IMG/VR virus record: IMGVR_UViG_3300030101_003495
Location: 1-63,694 of that record
DNA from: a virus
Lineage: Duplodnaviria > Caudoviricetes
Length of the DNA stretch: 63,694 nt
Direction: 5' to 3' (one strand)
In this document: positions 29,201 to 38,567 of the stretch, piece after piece
Position numbering within the stretch: position 1 is the first letter of the stretch
How the letters are laid out: each line of letters opens with the position of its first letter
Translations under genes and position numbers: made by a program
The notes under the pieces: model-generated
Database searches by the model: none
The model's input: the letters and a program-made list of their open reading frames with translations, nothing else
Told to the model about the DNA's origin: nothing

Positions 29201-32200
29201 AGACAAAGAGCTACTACTATAGAAGAGTCTCAAAAAATAATAGATAATACTATAGAAAGAGTATTAAACTTTAATCCTGAGAGTACAAGAGATGATGGTA
29301 GCGCAGTTGGCATTGAAGGTTTTACTGAAAGAGTAATGGCTGATACTAGATTTGCTAAGTTAGATGCTAAAAAAGATTTGTTTAAAGAATCTGAAAAAGC
29401 TAAACAAGAACAACAATTAGACTCACCACAAGCAGCTCAAGTTACTGCAGAAGAATCTGCAACAACTGAAACTACAAAAGAAAAAACATCTAAATTAAGA
29501 AGAGATTTAGGTATAAAACAAGGTGATGATCTTTATAATGCAGTAAAACAAACAGCTAAAGAAATATTTGGAAAAGATTTAGACAATGTAGAACTTAAAA
29601 AACTTAAAGCTATTGTAAATAAAAAAGCTAGAGGTAGTGAGTTGTTTAAAGATATAGCTAAATTAATGGGTACTGAAAAAGCTATAGATCAACAGTTTTT
29701 AAATAAAAATATATTAAATATTTTAAAAGATCTACCTGTTTCTGATTTAGTAAAATTAGAAAGAGGAACAAAAGGCGAAAAAATATTTACTAAAACTGGA
29801 CCTAGACTAGGACCAATTGCTGCTCGTGAAGCTGTTAACGAAGGCTTACTACCTAAAAATACTAATATTAATTCAGGGCCTAGAGTATCTGAAAAATTAC
29901 CTGTTACATTAGAACAAGCTAAAGAGTTTTTTACTCAAAAAAGAAAAGCAGGTCTTGTTGGTGTTATAGCAGAAAATTTAGTTGCCGATGCTGCTCCATC
30001 TGTAACTAAAGAAATAAAAACACCACCTAAAAGAAGAGCTGAAGTTTTAGATGTTATTGATAGAGATCCTGAATTAAAGTTTAGTAAAAGTTTAAGAAAA
30101 ATATTTAATCTTCCTTTAAAAGGTAGAAGTAAAGTTAATACTTTGTTAAAAGAGAAAGGATTAAATGAAACTTTGGATTTAAAAAAAGATATTCTTACTG
30201 AATCTGGTAGAAAAAAAATATTAGATAATTTTATATATATAATGACATTTGGCCCTAAAGATATGTGGTTTGGGCCTAGGGGTGGTTCTGTTTTTACAAC
30301 AAGTGGAAAAGACTACGATGTTAGCATGACTGAATTTAGAAAAGATGGATCTAAAAATCCTAAATGGACAAAAGAAAAATCAGACGCATTAAAAAAGCTT
30401 AGACAAGATTTAATAGATTATTCTAAATCTGATGATGCTGTTTTTGGAGAACCTATAAAAGGTGTTACTGATTATAAATTAAGTAGTTATAGTACATTAT
30501 TAGGTAATGCTAAAAACGCGGCTATTAAAAATAAAAATGGAGATATTAAATCGTTTAATAATAAAGTAAGTAAAATTCACAAAGAAATGTGGAGGCGATT
30601 TAATAATGCAATAAAATCTGATAAAAACAACGCTTCAAAAATAGGTACATATTTAAAACTTGTTGCTAATCATACTGGTCATTGGCATAAACTAGGTGCT
30701 CAAATAGTTGGCTGGTCTACTAGTCCTAAAGGTAAAAGTGGTACGTTATATGAATATGAGCATGCTATGCCTGCCACTGCTGCTTATTTATATTTATTAG
30801 ATACAGCTATTGATAAAGGTAATTTTGATTTATCATATCAAGCTGTTATGGATAATTATAAATTAATAGCGTTAGATAAAGCAGAAAATGCTAAACTAGG
30901 AAAAGCTGGTCTTTCTACAGGTATGCCACAAGGATGGTTTCTTGGTGATAATTTTTGGTGGCAAAGATATTTTAACCCTGAAGTAGGCGCTATTGAAGGA
31001 GGTATAACACCTAACTCTATAATGATGACTAATGGTAGAACAATGGGTAATCAACTTGGTGTAGACGCTATGGGTCGACGTACTAATCAAACAATAGAAG
31101 CTAGTAAAAAATTAGTATCTAAAATAAATAATAAAATATTACCTAAAAATTTACAATTAAAAGGAGATTTTACTAACCAAATGGTGTTAGATAAAATGGC
31201 TGAAGTTGATAATATTAATAAAGAAGAAGCGTTAAAGTTTAGTAAATCAGAAGATTTAAGTAAACAGTTTAATGATATAATAGAAAACAAAACTGGTATA
31301 GGTACCGACAAAAGATATGCTAAAGTAAAAGCTAAAGTTGCAGGTGCGGGTAAAGGTAAATTTAATTTCTTTGTACCACCATCAGCTGAAGACTTTGTAG
31401 GTTTATTATATAAAACTCTTGGTAAAGGTAAAACAGGTGATGCGCAAATGGCTTGGTATAAAGTTAATTTATTAGATCCTTTTGCAAGAGCCATGAATGA
31501 TTTAAATAGAGATAGATTAACTTTGTTAAATGACTACAAAGCGCTTAAAAAAGATCTTAAAATTGTTCCTAAAAATTTACGTAAAAAAATACCAGGTGAA
31601 CCATTTACTAGAGAACAAGCAGTAAGAGTATATATTTGGGACCAACAAGGTATGAGTATACCCGGGTTATCACAAACAGATTTAAAAGAATTAACTAAAT
31701 ATGTAAATGATAATGCTGATTTAAAAATATTTGGAGATCAATTGTTAGGTATAAATAAAGGAGATCCATATAATGCACCTAAAAATGAAGGTTGGACAGC
31801 TGGAGATATTTCTAGCGATTTATTAGAAGGTTTAAGAACAACTAAAAGAGCAAAGTATTTAGAACTTTGGCAACAAAATGTTGATCAAATATTTTCTGAA
31901 ACTAACTTAAATAAATTAGAGGCTGCCTTTGGTGAAGGCTATAGAGGTGCATTAGAAAATATACTTTACAGAATGAAAACTGGTAGAAACAGAACATTTG
32001 GTAAAGATGGTTTAGTAAATAGAGCCACAGACTGGTTGACAAATTCTGTTGGTGCTATTATGTTCTTTAACACAAGATCAGCTATACTTCAAACTATATC
32101 TTCTATAAACTTTATAAATTTTAGTGATAATAATATATTAGCAGCAGGTAAAGCGTTTGCTAACATACCTCAGTATAAAAAAGATTTTGTAAAATTAATG

Positions 32201-33322
32201 AACTCTCCGTTTTTATTAGCTCGTAGAGACGGTTTAAAAATGAATGTAAATGAAGCTGATATAGCTGATATGGCTAAAGATCCTGGTAGTATGGCTAGAA
32301 GATTTATAGCTAAAACATTAAGATTAGGGTTTTTACCTACACAAATAGCAGATAGTTTTGCTATAGCTTCAGGCGGTGCTACTTTTTATAGGAATAGAAT
32401 TAAAAAATATGTAAAAGAAGGTATGTCTGAGCAAGCCGCAGAAAAACAAGCTATGATAGATTTTACAGAAATAGCTGAAACATCTCAACAATCAAGTAGA
32501 CCTGATAAAATTAGTGAGCAGCAAGCTGGTGGTTTAGGGCGTGTTATATTAGCTTTTGCTAACACTCCAATGCAATATACCAGAGAGATTAAAAAAGCCG
32601 CTCTTGATCTTAAAAATGGCCGAGGAGATACAAAGACTAATATATCTAAGATTATATATTATGGCTTTGTACAAAACTTAATATTTAACGCTTTACAACA
32701 AGCTTTATTTGCATTAATGTTTGACGACGAAGAAGAGTTAACTAAAAAAGAACTAGAAAAGAAAGAAACAAAAGATCAAAAAAGATATTTAAGAATACTT
32801 AATTCTATGTCAGATCAATTTTTAAGAGGTATTGGCGTTGGTGGAGCTATTGTTTCTACTTTAAAAAATGCTACTATAAAATTATTAGAAAAAAGTAAAG
32901 AAAAAGAACCTGAATATGCTAAAAATGCTATCATTGAATTAGCACAAGTATCACCTCCTCTTGGTTCTAAGTTTAGAAAAATAAATAATGCAGCTAATGC
33001 TTTTGAATGGAACAAGGATGAAATGAAAGCAACAGGTTGGAGTTTAGATAATCCTGCTTATTTAGCTGGTGCTAATGTAATATCAGCAATGACAAACTTG
33101 CCTGCTGATAGAGTTGTTAAAAAAATAGACAACCTAAGAAATGCTAGCAATACAGATTTACAAATTTATAAGCGTATTGCTTCTGCTGGAGGTTGGAGTA
33201 GATGGGATTTAGATATTCCAGCACCTAAACTTCCAACTACTACTTCTAAAAAATTACGTAGAGTTAGTACTGGATTAAAAGGTGGTTTTAAATCAAGTTT
33301 AAAAGGAGGAAAATTAAAATAA
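26273..33322 (+). CDS. Giant internal virion (ejection) protein with zincin HExxH
   Basis: 2349 aa; PIHEYFHAM; C-terminal region typical of large polyvalent virion proteins. Confidence 0.7.
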   Translation: MYELDGTEYSIEEIEEAAAQSNLSVEEYLSEFNITQPEKEVKTPTTTSGADVVEEIAPDLELTSVDTSLELPPVEPITSVKTGTVADTTIEKERDLIREQDIVNEYNNIEKEIIFNNPDYTPEEIKANVDKKQRLLLEELDTFDKDMLLNSAINVKNDVNKRMQLDISQAKNNINEIQNIKNNLKAAIDNGTPYSKEQEKEIIDNHNALVEQTKLLEQNIIRDAGVIEDKNKFIDTFKRSYSEIDRLTNSVLSAGTDIALGALLTLDMAKDEEGKEKSISKDLLSYREELARISEEDLGKAIAVENISDPQDALRWAADGLINFVPSGVMAFSGPAAMPLFFASGYGGRLSEFELADKKAEEVIPKLEAQLKETQDPLLKQKILEEIEFHNKALSTTDMKKFLTSTLYGGYEVGTEWLTTLQLVKGLKGLNGSKALETFYKEAGQASFGKALVNTIKDPKVLKTLGLGTLSGPIEGGGEGLNQLLGNITDITLNDANVSVLDGVGEATAQGVLIGNGFALARGAQIARAGMMDVIADKQTKIELNKLYDEIQGLTSDLKQTTDSKVRKQLYDVIRKKIKESNTVQDYSASAFIKLDPKKQKEVFELDRKATNINNRWIEIAKSNASEATKTQLKKDLLEQFNSLQGQKRTILNNSNSLKLKNLELPEGLVQGDVVRNLKRTQNNLLSVEQNNKKTKYLNKQITFANNDLENINNFINSNETTLTLESGSVINKEDASEIINIIAENADGGFNKNNKNSYIHLEMAVSGNPAAPIHEYFHAMGKDNAFTKDQYDNIKDDFLDLLKTKLKNKEITKDQHDTIKKRFKLYDGSPAQSEELLAITGDAINLDILSEDDITFLQKSAYNIKKFVAGLIGKEESENFGIDTAEDAFSLLQSFQRSIVKNQDINIRANVLEPTEQQTDDTTVLSRSTLFEEINKLVPDNIKTKTEFDNFVRSPDGAKLFNAIYNEGGAINNYIRQRATTIEESQKIIDNTIERVLNFNPESTRDDGSAVGIEGFTERVMADTRFAKLDAKKDLFKESEKAKQEQQLDSPQAAQVTAEESATTETTKEKTSKLRRDLGIKQGDDLYNAVKQTAKEIFGKDLDNVELKKLKAIVNKKARGSELFKDIAKLMGTEKAIDQQFLNKNILNILKDLPVSDLVKLERGTKGEKIFTKTGPRLGPIAAREAVNEGLLPKNTNINSGPRVSEKLPVTLEQAKEFFTQKRKAGLVGVIAENLVADAAPSVTKEIKTPPKRRAEVLDVIDRDPELKFSKSLRKIFNLPLKGRSKVNTLLKEKGLNETLDLKKDILTESGRKKILDNFIYIMTFGPKDMWFGPRGGSVFTTSGKDYDVSMTEFRKDGSKNPKWTKEKSDALKKLRQDLIDYSKSDDAVFGEPIKGVTDYKLSSYSTLLGNAKNAAIKNKNGDIKSFNNKVSKIHKEMWRRFNNAIKSDKNNASKIGTYLKLVANHTGHWHKLGAQIVGWSTSPKGKSGTLYEYEHAMPATAAYLYLLDTAIDKGNFDLSYQAVMDNYKLIALDKAENAKLGKAGLSTGMPQGWFLGDNFWWQRYFNPEVGAIEGGITPNSIMMTNGRTMGNQLGVDAMGRRTNQTIEASKKLVSKINNKILPKNLQLKGDFTNQMVLDKMAEVDNINKEEALKFSKSEDLSKQFNDIIENKTGIGTDKRYAKVKAKVAGAGKGKFNFFVPPSAEDFVGLLYKTLGKGKTGDAQMAWYKVNLLDPFARAMNDLNRDRLTLLNDYKALKKDLKIVPKNLRKKIPGEPFTREQAVRVYIWDQQGMSIPGLSQTDLKELTKYVNDNADLKIFGDQLLGINKGDPYNAPKNEGWTAGDISSDLLEGLRTTKRAKYLELWQQNVDQIFSETNLNKLEAAFGEGYRGALENILYRMKTGRNRTFGKDGLVNRATDWLTNSVGAIMFFNTRSAILQTISSINFINFSDNNILAAGKAFANIPQYKKDFVKLMNSPFLLARRDGLKMNVNEADIADMAKDPGSMARRFIAKTLRLGFLPTQIADSFAIASGGATFYRNRIKKYVKEGMSEQAAEKQAMIDFTEIAETSQQSSRPDKISEQQAGGLGRVILAFANTPMQYTREIKKAALDLKNGRGDTKTNISKIIYYGFVQNLIFNALQQALFALMFDDEEELTKKELEKKETKDQKRYLRILNSMSDQFLRGIGVGGAIVSTLKNATIKLLEKSKEKEPEYAKNAIIELAQVSPPLGSKFRKINNAANAFEWNKDEMKATGWSLDNPAYLAGANVISAMTNLPADRVVKKIDNLRNASNTDLQIYKRIASAGGWSRWDLDIPAPKLPTTTSKKLRRVSTGLKGGFKSSLKGGKLK
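26395..26448 (+). other. Predicted -1 programmed ribosomal frameshift signal (A_AAG plus H-type pseudoknot)
   Basis: A_AAG 26395-98, 6-nt spacer, stem 1 ACCACA/TGTGGT, stem 2 TCGGGTGC/GCACCCGA, A-rich loop 3. Confidence 0.7.
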
Positions 33323-33338
33323 CAATAAATAAATAAAT

Positions 33339-33692
33339 ATGAATAACGAAAAAAAAGAAGTACGTCATTACATCGGTGCAGCCGGCATATTTACTTTAAT
33401 CATATTATTACTAATATTTCTAAGTTATGTAGAAATACCACCAGTAAATAAAGACTTATTCGTGGCCATCGTAGGAACACTAGTTTCTAGTTTGGGAATT
33501 GTTGTGTATGTTATAATAGGACAACAGCCGGATGAGGTTAATAAATTACAAAAGAAAAATGAATCATTAGAATCAATGACTCATCAAATGGAAAAACGTA
33601 ATGATCAATTAGAAGAAATGATAATTGACATGCAAAAAGAAATGATAGAAAAATTTACTTCAAAAAGTTGTAACTGTAAAGATAAAGAATAA
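33339..33692 (+). CDS. Two-TM membrane protein with coiled coil (holin/lysis accessory candidate)
   Basis: Two hydrophobic helices; near the endolysin gene. Confidence 0.6.
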   Translation: MNNEKKEVRHYIGAAGIFTLIILLLIFLSYVEIPPVNKDLFVAIVGTLVSSLGIVVYVIIGQQPDEVNKLQKKNESLESMTHQMEKRNDQLEEMIIDMQKEMIEKFTSKSCNCKDKE

Positions 33693-33856
33693 TGAAAAAA
33701 CAAAGTCCGTTATTAGGTAAAATAAGTGGCCCGTGTAAAGCTGCTGCTAAAAGAAAATTTAAAGTTTGGCCTAGCGCTTACGCTTCAGGTTGGGGTGTAA
33801 GATGTACTAAAGCTGGTGGTCCAGGTAAAATGGGTAAAAGCAAGAAGAAAAAATAA
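33692..33856 (+). CDS. 54-aa basic protein (KQSPLL...KFKVWPSAYASG)
   Basis: TAATG-coupled at both ends; missing from the ORF track. Confidence 0.75.
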   Translation: MKKQSPLLGKISGPCKAAAKRKFKVWPSAYASGWGVRCTKAGGPGKMGKSKKKK

Positions 33857-34230
33857 TGGGCTTTAATATAAAACAAAGACACACTAATAGCCCTTTAGCT
33901 TGCTGGGATGGTTACGAAAGAGTTCCTGGTACAGTTAAAGGCGCTAAAGGTAGTTGTAGAAAAACTACATCATCTGGTCCTGCTCAAAAACAAAAAGGTG
34001 GTGGTACAACTAAAACTTGTTTACCTGCTTCTAAACTAAGAAGTATGAGTAAAGAACAAAAAGATAAATTAGTATCAGCTAAAAAATCAGCTGGTGCAAA
34101 AGGTAAATATAAAAGATCATCTAAAACAAACGTAAAAGGTGCTAGAAAAAAAGGTGCTACTTTGCGTGACTGGTTTGAAAAAGAAGACTGGAGAAGAGTA
34201 GATGATCCAAGTAAAAAATGTGGAGAATAA
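33856..34230 (+). CDS. Basic hypothetical virion protein (CWDGY, LRDWF.KEDW)
   Basis: ORF track; NSPL motif. Confidence 0.72.
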   Translation: MGFNIKQRHTNSPLACWDGYERVPGTVKGAKGSCRKTTSSGPAQKQKGGGTTKTCLPASKLRSMSKEQKDKLVSAKKSAGAKGKYKRSSKTNVKGARKKGATLRDWFEKEDWRRVDDPSKKCGE

Positions 34231-34232
34231 TT

Positions 34233-34586
34233 ATGCAATACTTTAATATTACAGAGTTTGATAGTCCCGACCAAATTGGTAGTGGTCGAGTAATGAAAGA
34301 AAATATATTAGAAATGTTGGATATGGCAAGAGGTAAGTTTGATAAAGCCATACACATAAACAGCGGTTATAGAACTAAAGAACATAATAAAAAAATAGGT
34401 GGAAAAAAAGATTCTGCTCATTTAAAAGGATATGCTGTAGATATACATTGTAATAATTCAAGAGATAGGTATCATCTTGTTAATTGTTTATTAGATGTAG
34501 GATTTAATCGTATAGGTATAGCTAATACATTTATACATGTAGATGCTGATCCAGATAAAGATCCAGATGTAATTTGGATATATTAA
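34233..34586 (+). CDS. Endolysin, peptidase M15 family
   Basis: INSGYRT..HN..IGG...SAH..G.AVDI and FIHVD zinc-binding motifs. Confidence 0.88.
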   Translation: MQYFNITEFDSPDQIGSGRVMKENILEMLDMARGKFDKAIHINSGYRTKEHNKKIGGKKDSAHLKGYAVDIHCNNSRDRYHLVNCLLDVGFNRIGIANTFIHVDADPDKDPDVIWIY

Positions 34587-34633
34587 AAGGAACACGATAA
34601 AAATGGGCTTCCACCCCCAAAAGTTCCTGCAAT

Positions 34634-34662
34634 TGAAGGGAGATCATTACGGTCTCCCTTCA
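34634..34662. terminator. Bidirectional terminator between the convergent blocks
   Basis: TGAAGGGAGATC-ATTAC-GGTCTCCCTTCA. Confidence 0.8.
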
Positions 34663-34668
34663 TTATTT

Positions 34669-36387
34669 CTAGCCGTCACAAGACAAACACTCTTCATCCA
34701 TAGCTGCAGCTGCTATGTCGCCTCTAAGAACAGATTCTGTTCTCATATAGTATAAGGTCTTAATACCTTTTTTCCATGCATCTAAGTGAACTTTATTAAT
34801 CCATTTAGGTGTTGCTTCAGAAGGAAATGCTAGGTTTAAACTAACCCCTTGATCTATATATTGCTGTCTTATACCTGCTTGATTAACTAATTCTAGTTGA
34901 TTTATTTCTTTAAATGTTTTAAATACATCTTTAGCTGGTATATCATTATTAAACATTAAACCATCTAGTTCTTTTACATCTTGAACTGAGCCGCCATCTC
35001 TTAATATTTTATCCCATATCTTTTCAGTATTAAGTTTATTTCTACGTAAAAACTTAACTAGTGTAGGGTTTTTTCTAATAAATGTACCTTTAGCTGATTG
35101 TTCTGTAAATACATTTGCAGCCCATGGCTCAATACCAGGTGATATATTACCGGATAGTTTACTATTACTAACAGTTGGTGCTATAGCTCTAAGATGAGTA
35201 TTACGCATACCAGTTCCTACACACCATAATGGTTCACCATATGTTTCAGCTAGGTTTCTACTGGCTCTATCAGATTCTATTTTAATCTGACTAAATATTC
35301 TACGTGTTTCATATTGTGACAATAGCCCTTCAAATGGTATACCTTTTTCTTGTAAATAAGTATGCCAACCAAGTACTCCTAGGCCTAATGCTCTACCTTT
35401 ACTAGCTGATCTTACAGAGTTTTCAAAACCTCTTAATCCTTTAGCTCTATGTATAAACTCTTCCATAACGCCATCTAAAAACCATATACTATCATATATA
35501 AGATTAGTATTTTTCCACTCATCATACTTAGCTAAATTTAAACTAGATAAACAGCATACAAAACTATGGTTTTCATCTGTATGTAAAGTAATTTCACTAC
35601 AGATATTAGTCATATGAACTTTTAAGCTGTTCGACTTGTAAGCATCTGGATTAGCCTTGTTTGTATTTCCTTTAAAGAGGACATATGGCTCGCCTGTAGC
35701 TTTTCGTTTTTGAAGTAATTTGGACCACTTATTCCGTGCATTTGTATCTCCACTTTCGAGTCTTCGCATAAACTTATCGCCAACGACAGCACACTGATGT
35801 AAGTTAAGAGATTGACGATTGACGTCCCCTTTAGGTTCTCTGATTTCCAACCATTCATCGAAATCAGCGTGGTCAATATTGATATTAACGGATGCAGCCC
35901 CTCTACGTACTGATCCTTGGTTGGTTGCGAGTATAGTTGAGTCATAGATTTTGCAAAAAGGGACAACTCCATCTGATGTTCCATTACCTGTAATTTTAGA
36001 TCCGGCGGGTCTTATCATATTTATACCGACGCCTACGCCACCACCGTGTTTAGCGAGCAGCATCATTTCTAGATTTTTTTGCCCTATATCGCTTATACTA
36101 TCAGCGACATCAATACCAAAACAAGATATAGGTAAACCTCTATCAGTTCCAGTGTTAGAAAGAACAGGTGAGGCTAAACATAGCCAACCATTCCATATGT
36201 ATTCAAAAAACGTAGGTGCTAATTCAGGTTTATATAAACGTCGTGCCACAGTTTTCGATACTCGCATATAGGCTTCTCTGGGTGTTTCACCTTGAAGTAG
36301 GTATCCTCCACTAATAGTTTTTTTATAGACATCAGTATTTCCCCAATTAGGGTAATCTTCTCCTTTAATCCAATCATTATTCCACAT
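34669..36387 (-). CDS. nrdA: Ribonucleotide reductase class I alpha subunit (short, no ATP cone)
   Basis: SCF, GGGVG, TNICSEI, IAPT.S.S, DQGVS.N, KTLYY and C-terminal CLSC motifs. Confidence 0.95.
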   Translation of the reverse strand: MWNNDWIKGEDYPNWGNTDVYKKTISGGYLLQGETPREAYMRVSKTVARRLYKPELAPTFFEYIWNGWLCLASPVLSNTGTDRGLPISCFGIDVADSISDIGQKNLEMMLLAKHGGGVGVGINMIRPAGSKITGNGTSDGVVPFCKIYDSTILATNQGSVRRGAASVNINIDHADFDEWLEIREPKGDVNRQSLNLHQCAVVGDKFMRRLESGDTNARNKWSKLLQKRKATGEPYVLFKGNTNKANPDAYKSNSLKVHMTNICSEITLHTDENHSFVCCLSSLNLAKYDEWKNTNLIYDSIWFLDGVMEEFIHRAKGLRGFENSVRSASKGRALGLGVLGWHTYLQEKGIPFEGLLSQYETRRIFSQIKIESDRASRNLAETYGEPLWCVGTGMRNTHLRAIAPTVSNSKLSGNISPGIEPWAANVFTEQSAKGTFIRKNPTLVKFLRRNKLNTEKIWDKILRDGGSVQDVKELDGLMFNNDIPAKDVFKTFKEINQLELVNQAGIRQQYIDQGVSLNLAFPSEATPKWINKVHLDAWKKGIKTLYYMRTESVLRGDIAAAAMDEECLSCDG

Positions 36388-36613
36388 TTAAATCTAGTTT
36401 CTTTTCTTGTTCTTTTTTATTTCTTTTTTCTTCAGCTTTTTTCATTTTATTTACTATTTTATCCCACTCTTTTTCACCCATAAACAATTGTAAAGCTGTT
36501 ATAGTTCCACGTGATAATGAATCTATTTGTTGTATTTCTAATATAAGTTTTTGAGATACTCTAATTAAAGAATCTATTTTCTTTTGCATCTCTACTAATG
36601 TACTTTCTTTCAT
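36377..36613 (-). CDS. Hypothetical protein
   Basis: ORF track; operon packing. Confidence 0.65.
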   Translation of the reverse strand: MKESTLVEMQKKIDSLIRVSQKLILEIQQIDSLSRGTITALQLFMGEKEWDKIVNKMKKAEEKRNKKEQEKKLDLNVE

Positions 36614-36750
36614 ATGTTTTTACTTAATATAATTGGACTTGCATCTTCGTGATGATTTACTTCGTAATGATTATCAAATTCTTTTATAAGAACTTTTTTA
36701 TTTTTAAATCTACGAGGATATCTTTTTAATACGTATTCTTCTATATTCAT
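36610..36750 (-). CDS. 46-aa hypothetical protein (MNIEEYVLKRYP...)
   Basis: ATGA-coupled at both ends. Confidence 0.55.
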   Translation of the reverse strand: MNIEEYVLKRYPRRFKNKKVLIKEFDNHYEVNHHEDASPIILSKNI

Positions 36751-37013
36751 GTGTTTAATAAATAAATTGTGTAGCCTATCATAACGTTTATATTAACAGC
36801 TACTAAGTTCCATTGTTTTGCTAACCATACTTGAGGCATGCAAATAATACCTCCTATTATATATAATATAGGACCAATATTACCTTGGTTTAATACATAC
36901 GGAGCTATCATAATAAAACCTGTACCCATATATCCTAGTCTATTTGATATACGTTCTTTAGCAGATAATCTTCTCTGTTTTACTAATAGTTTTAAAAAAC
37001 TTCTTTTTTTCAT
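36747..37013 (-). CDS. Small multi-TM membrane protein
   Basis: Three hydrophobic segments; KQWNLV..N. Confidence 0.65.
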   Translation of the reverse strand: MKKRSFLKLLVKQRRLSAKERISNRLGYMGTGFIMIAPYVLNQGNIGPILYIIGGIICMPQVWLAKQWNLVAVNINVMIGYTIYLLNT

Positions 37014-37324
37014 TAATTACTTATTTTTTCAAACATCCAACAGTTTTTAGAATAAGGTTTATAAACATATAATGTAGTATTTTTTATAGTAAAAGGTAAT
37101 TTATATGCGTCACTAGGTTTAGTAACATATATTTTGTTGTCTTTTATTTCAAATTCACCTGTACTAACACTATCTTTATTTATCCTTATAAATGTATTGT
37201 CTTCGTTTATTGTAAGTCTTTCTCTATCTATATAACTAATCCACTCTCCGTATAAATCTACGTTTTGTTGAGAATATAATTGTGTTGTTAATAATAAGAT
37301 TAATAATTTAATTGTTTTATTCAT
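37013..37324 (-). CDS. Secreted lipocalin-like beta protein
   Basis: Bacteroidota-style signal peptide ending YSQ; LYGEW start of the mature protein. Confidence 0.55.
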   Translation of the reverse strand: MNKTIKLLILLLTTQLYSQQNVDLYGEWISYIDRERLTINEDNTFIRINKDSVSTGEFEIKDNKIYVTKPSDAYKLPFTIKNTTLYVYKPYSKNCWMFEKISN

Positions 37325-37334
37325 TTTTATTTAT

Positions 37335-38303
37335 TTACCAAATATCTTCAAAATCTTCTCCTTCGTTAGCCTTTGCGTAATCAGTAGGCCTAACACTAAA
37401 AAAGTCAGTATGAGTATGCCCCCCGGTAAGATGGTAGAACCAATCAAGAGCTTTTGCTCCGTCTTTGTCAAACTGAAAGTACTCCCCGTGGTGCTCGTAG
37501 CCGAGTTCTGTAATTTTTTCATTGAGTCTTTTTCTAATGAATTGTTTAAGGTCGTAAGCTTTGAGATTTTCAATATCTCCAAGTTCGAACATTTTGTCAA
37601 TATAGTTTTCTTCTGCTTCGAGCATTGCTGTTGCAGCATCCAATATGTCTTGTTCACAGTCTTTTAATAATTTATTATTTTCTTTACACATATGACGAAA
37701 AAGTGTACAACCCATCTTACTATGCAACGACTCATCGCGCACACTCCATTTCATCTGTTGTCCTACTCCTTTCAGTAAATTTCTTAACTGAAAACTATAT
37801 AGAACAGCGAAGGCAGAGTACAAGCTAACACCTTCAGCAAAGGCGCTAAAGACTGCAAGGCTTCGTGCAATTCCAGTATGTTCACTTCCATCATAACTAA
37901 CTAAATTATCAAAGCGTTCCATTGTTGCTTCGTCTTGTAAGAACGCTTCAAAATTTTCAAGACCAAGAGTTTCATTTAAATAACTATATGCAACAGCATG
38001 TATTGTTTCTTGCGAACCAAACATCATTGCCATTTGTTGAATTTCATGCTTCGGAAACCATGATACAACTTTCTGTGTCCAATAGTCTGACACAGCACAT
38101 TCTGTTTGAGCAAAGCCCAACAGTATATTGCCTACTAAATTTTTTTCTTCTGGTGTAAGCTTTTCGTTCCAATCTTTAATATCGCTTGACATTGATATTT
38201 CAGTATGAAGCCAGAATGCTTGAGCCTGTTTAAGCCACCCTTCAGTATAGTATTCAGGGTACTCAAAAGGCTTGTAAGGTACTCTTACGTCAAATAATCC
38301 CAT
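37335..38303 (-). CDS. nrdB: Ribonucleotide reductase class I beta subunit
   Basis: AFW...EI, ETIHAVAYS, EGVSLYS.F, RDESLH, DFF motifs. Confidence 0.95.
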   Translation of the reverse strand: MGLFDVRVPYKPFEYPEYYTEGWLKQAQAFWLHTEISMSSDIKDWNEKLTPEEKNLVGNILLGFAQTECAVSDYWTQKVVSWFPKHEIQQMAMMFGSQETIHAVAYSYLNETLGLENFEAFLQDEATMERFDNLVSYDGSEHTGIARSLAVFSAFAEGVSLYSAFAVLYSFQLRNLLKGVGQQMKWSVRDESLHSKMGCTLFRHMCKENNKLLKDCEQDILDAATAMLEAEENYIDKMFELGDIENLKAYDLKQFIRKRLNEKITELGYEHHGEYFQFDKDGAKALDWFYHLTGGHTHTDFFSVRPTDYAKANEGEDFEDIW

Positions 38304-38306
38304 ATA

Positions 38307-38447
38307 TTAATCGTTAAATATTTCTAAACAAATATCTACAAATGGTAGATATATTACGTGCTGCACAGAATCTGAATGAGGATAACTTCTAGCTCCTATC
38401 AAAACACCTGGGTAGAACCCAACAGTTAATTCCCAATTTTTATCCAT
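38307..38447 (-). CDS. 46-aa hypothetical protein (MDKNWELTVGFYPG...)
   Basis: Fills the gap before nrdB. Confidence 0.55.
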   Translation of the reverse strand: MDKNWELTVGFYPGVLIGARSYPHSDSVQHVIYLPFVDICLEIFND

Positions 38448-38567
38448 AGCATTTTATATTGTTTTCTTCTTGTAATTTTACTAAATCTTTGTAATACATA
38501 TAGCCTTTAACTTCAAACCTCCATTTAATCCACTTATCAATTTGTCTTTCAGCATATTTTCTACGAG

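Noticed and set aside
26273-33322. crAss- or N4-like virion RNA polymerase
   Set aside because: No DxDxD/DFDID or T7-type catalytic motifs found by eye; only HExxH is evident.
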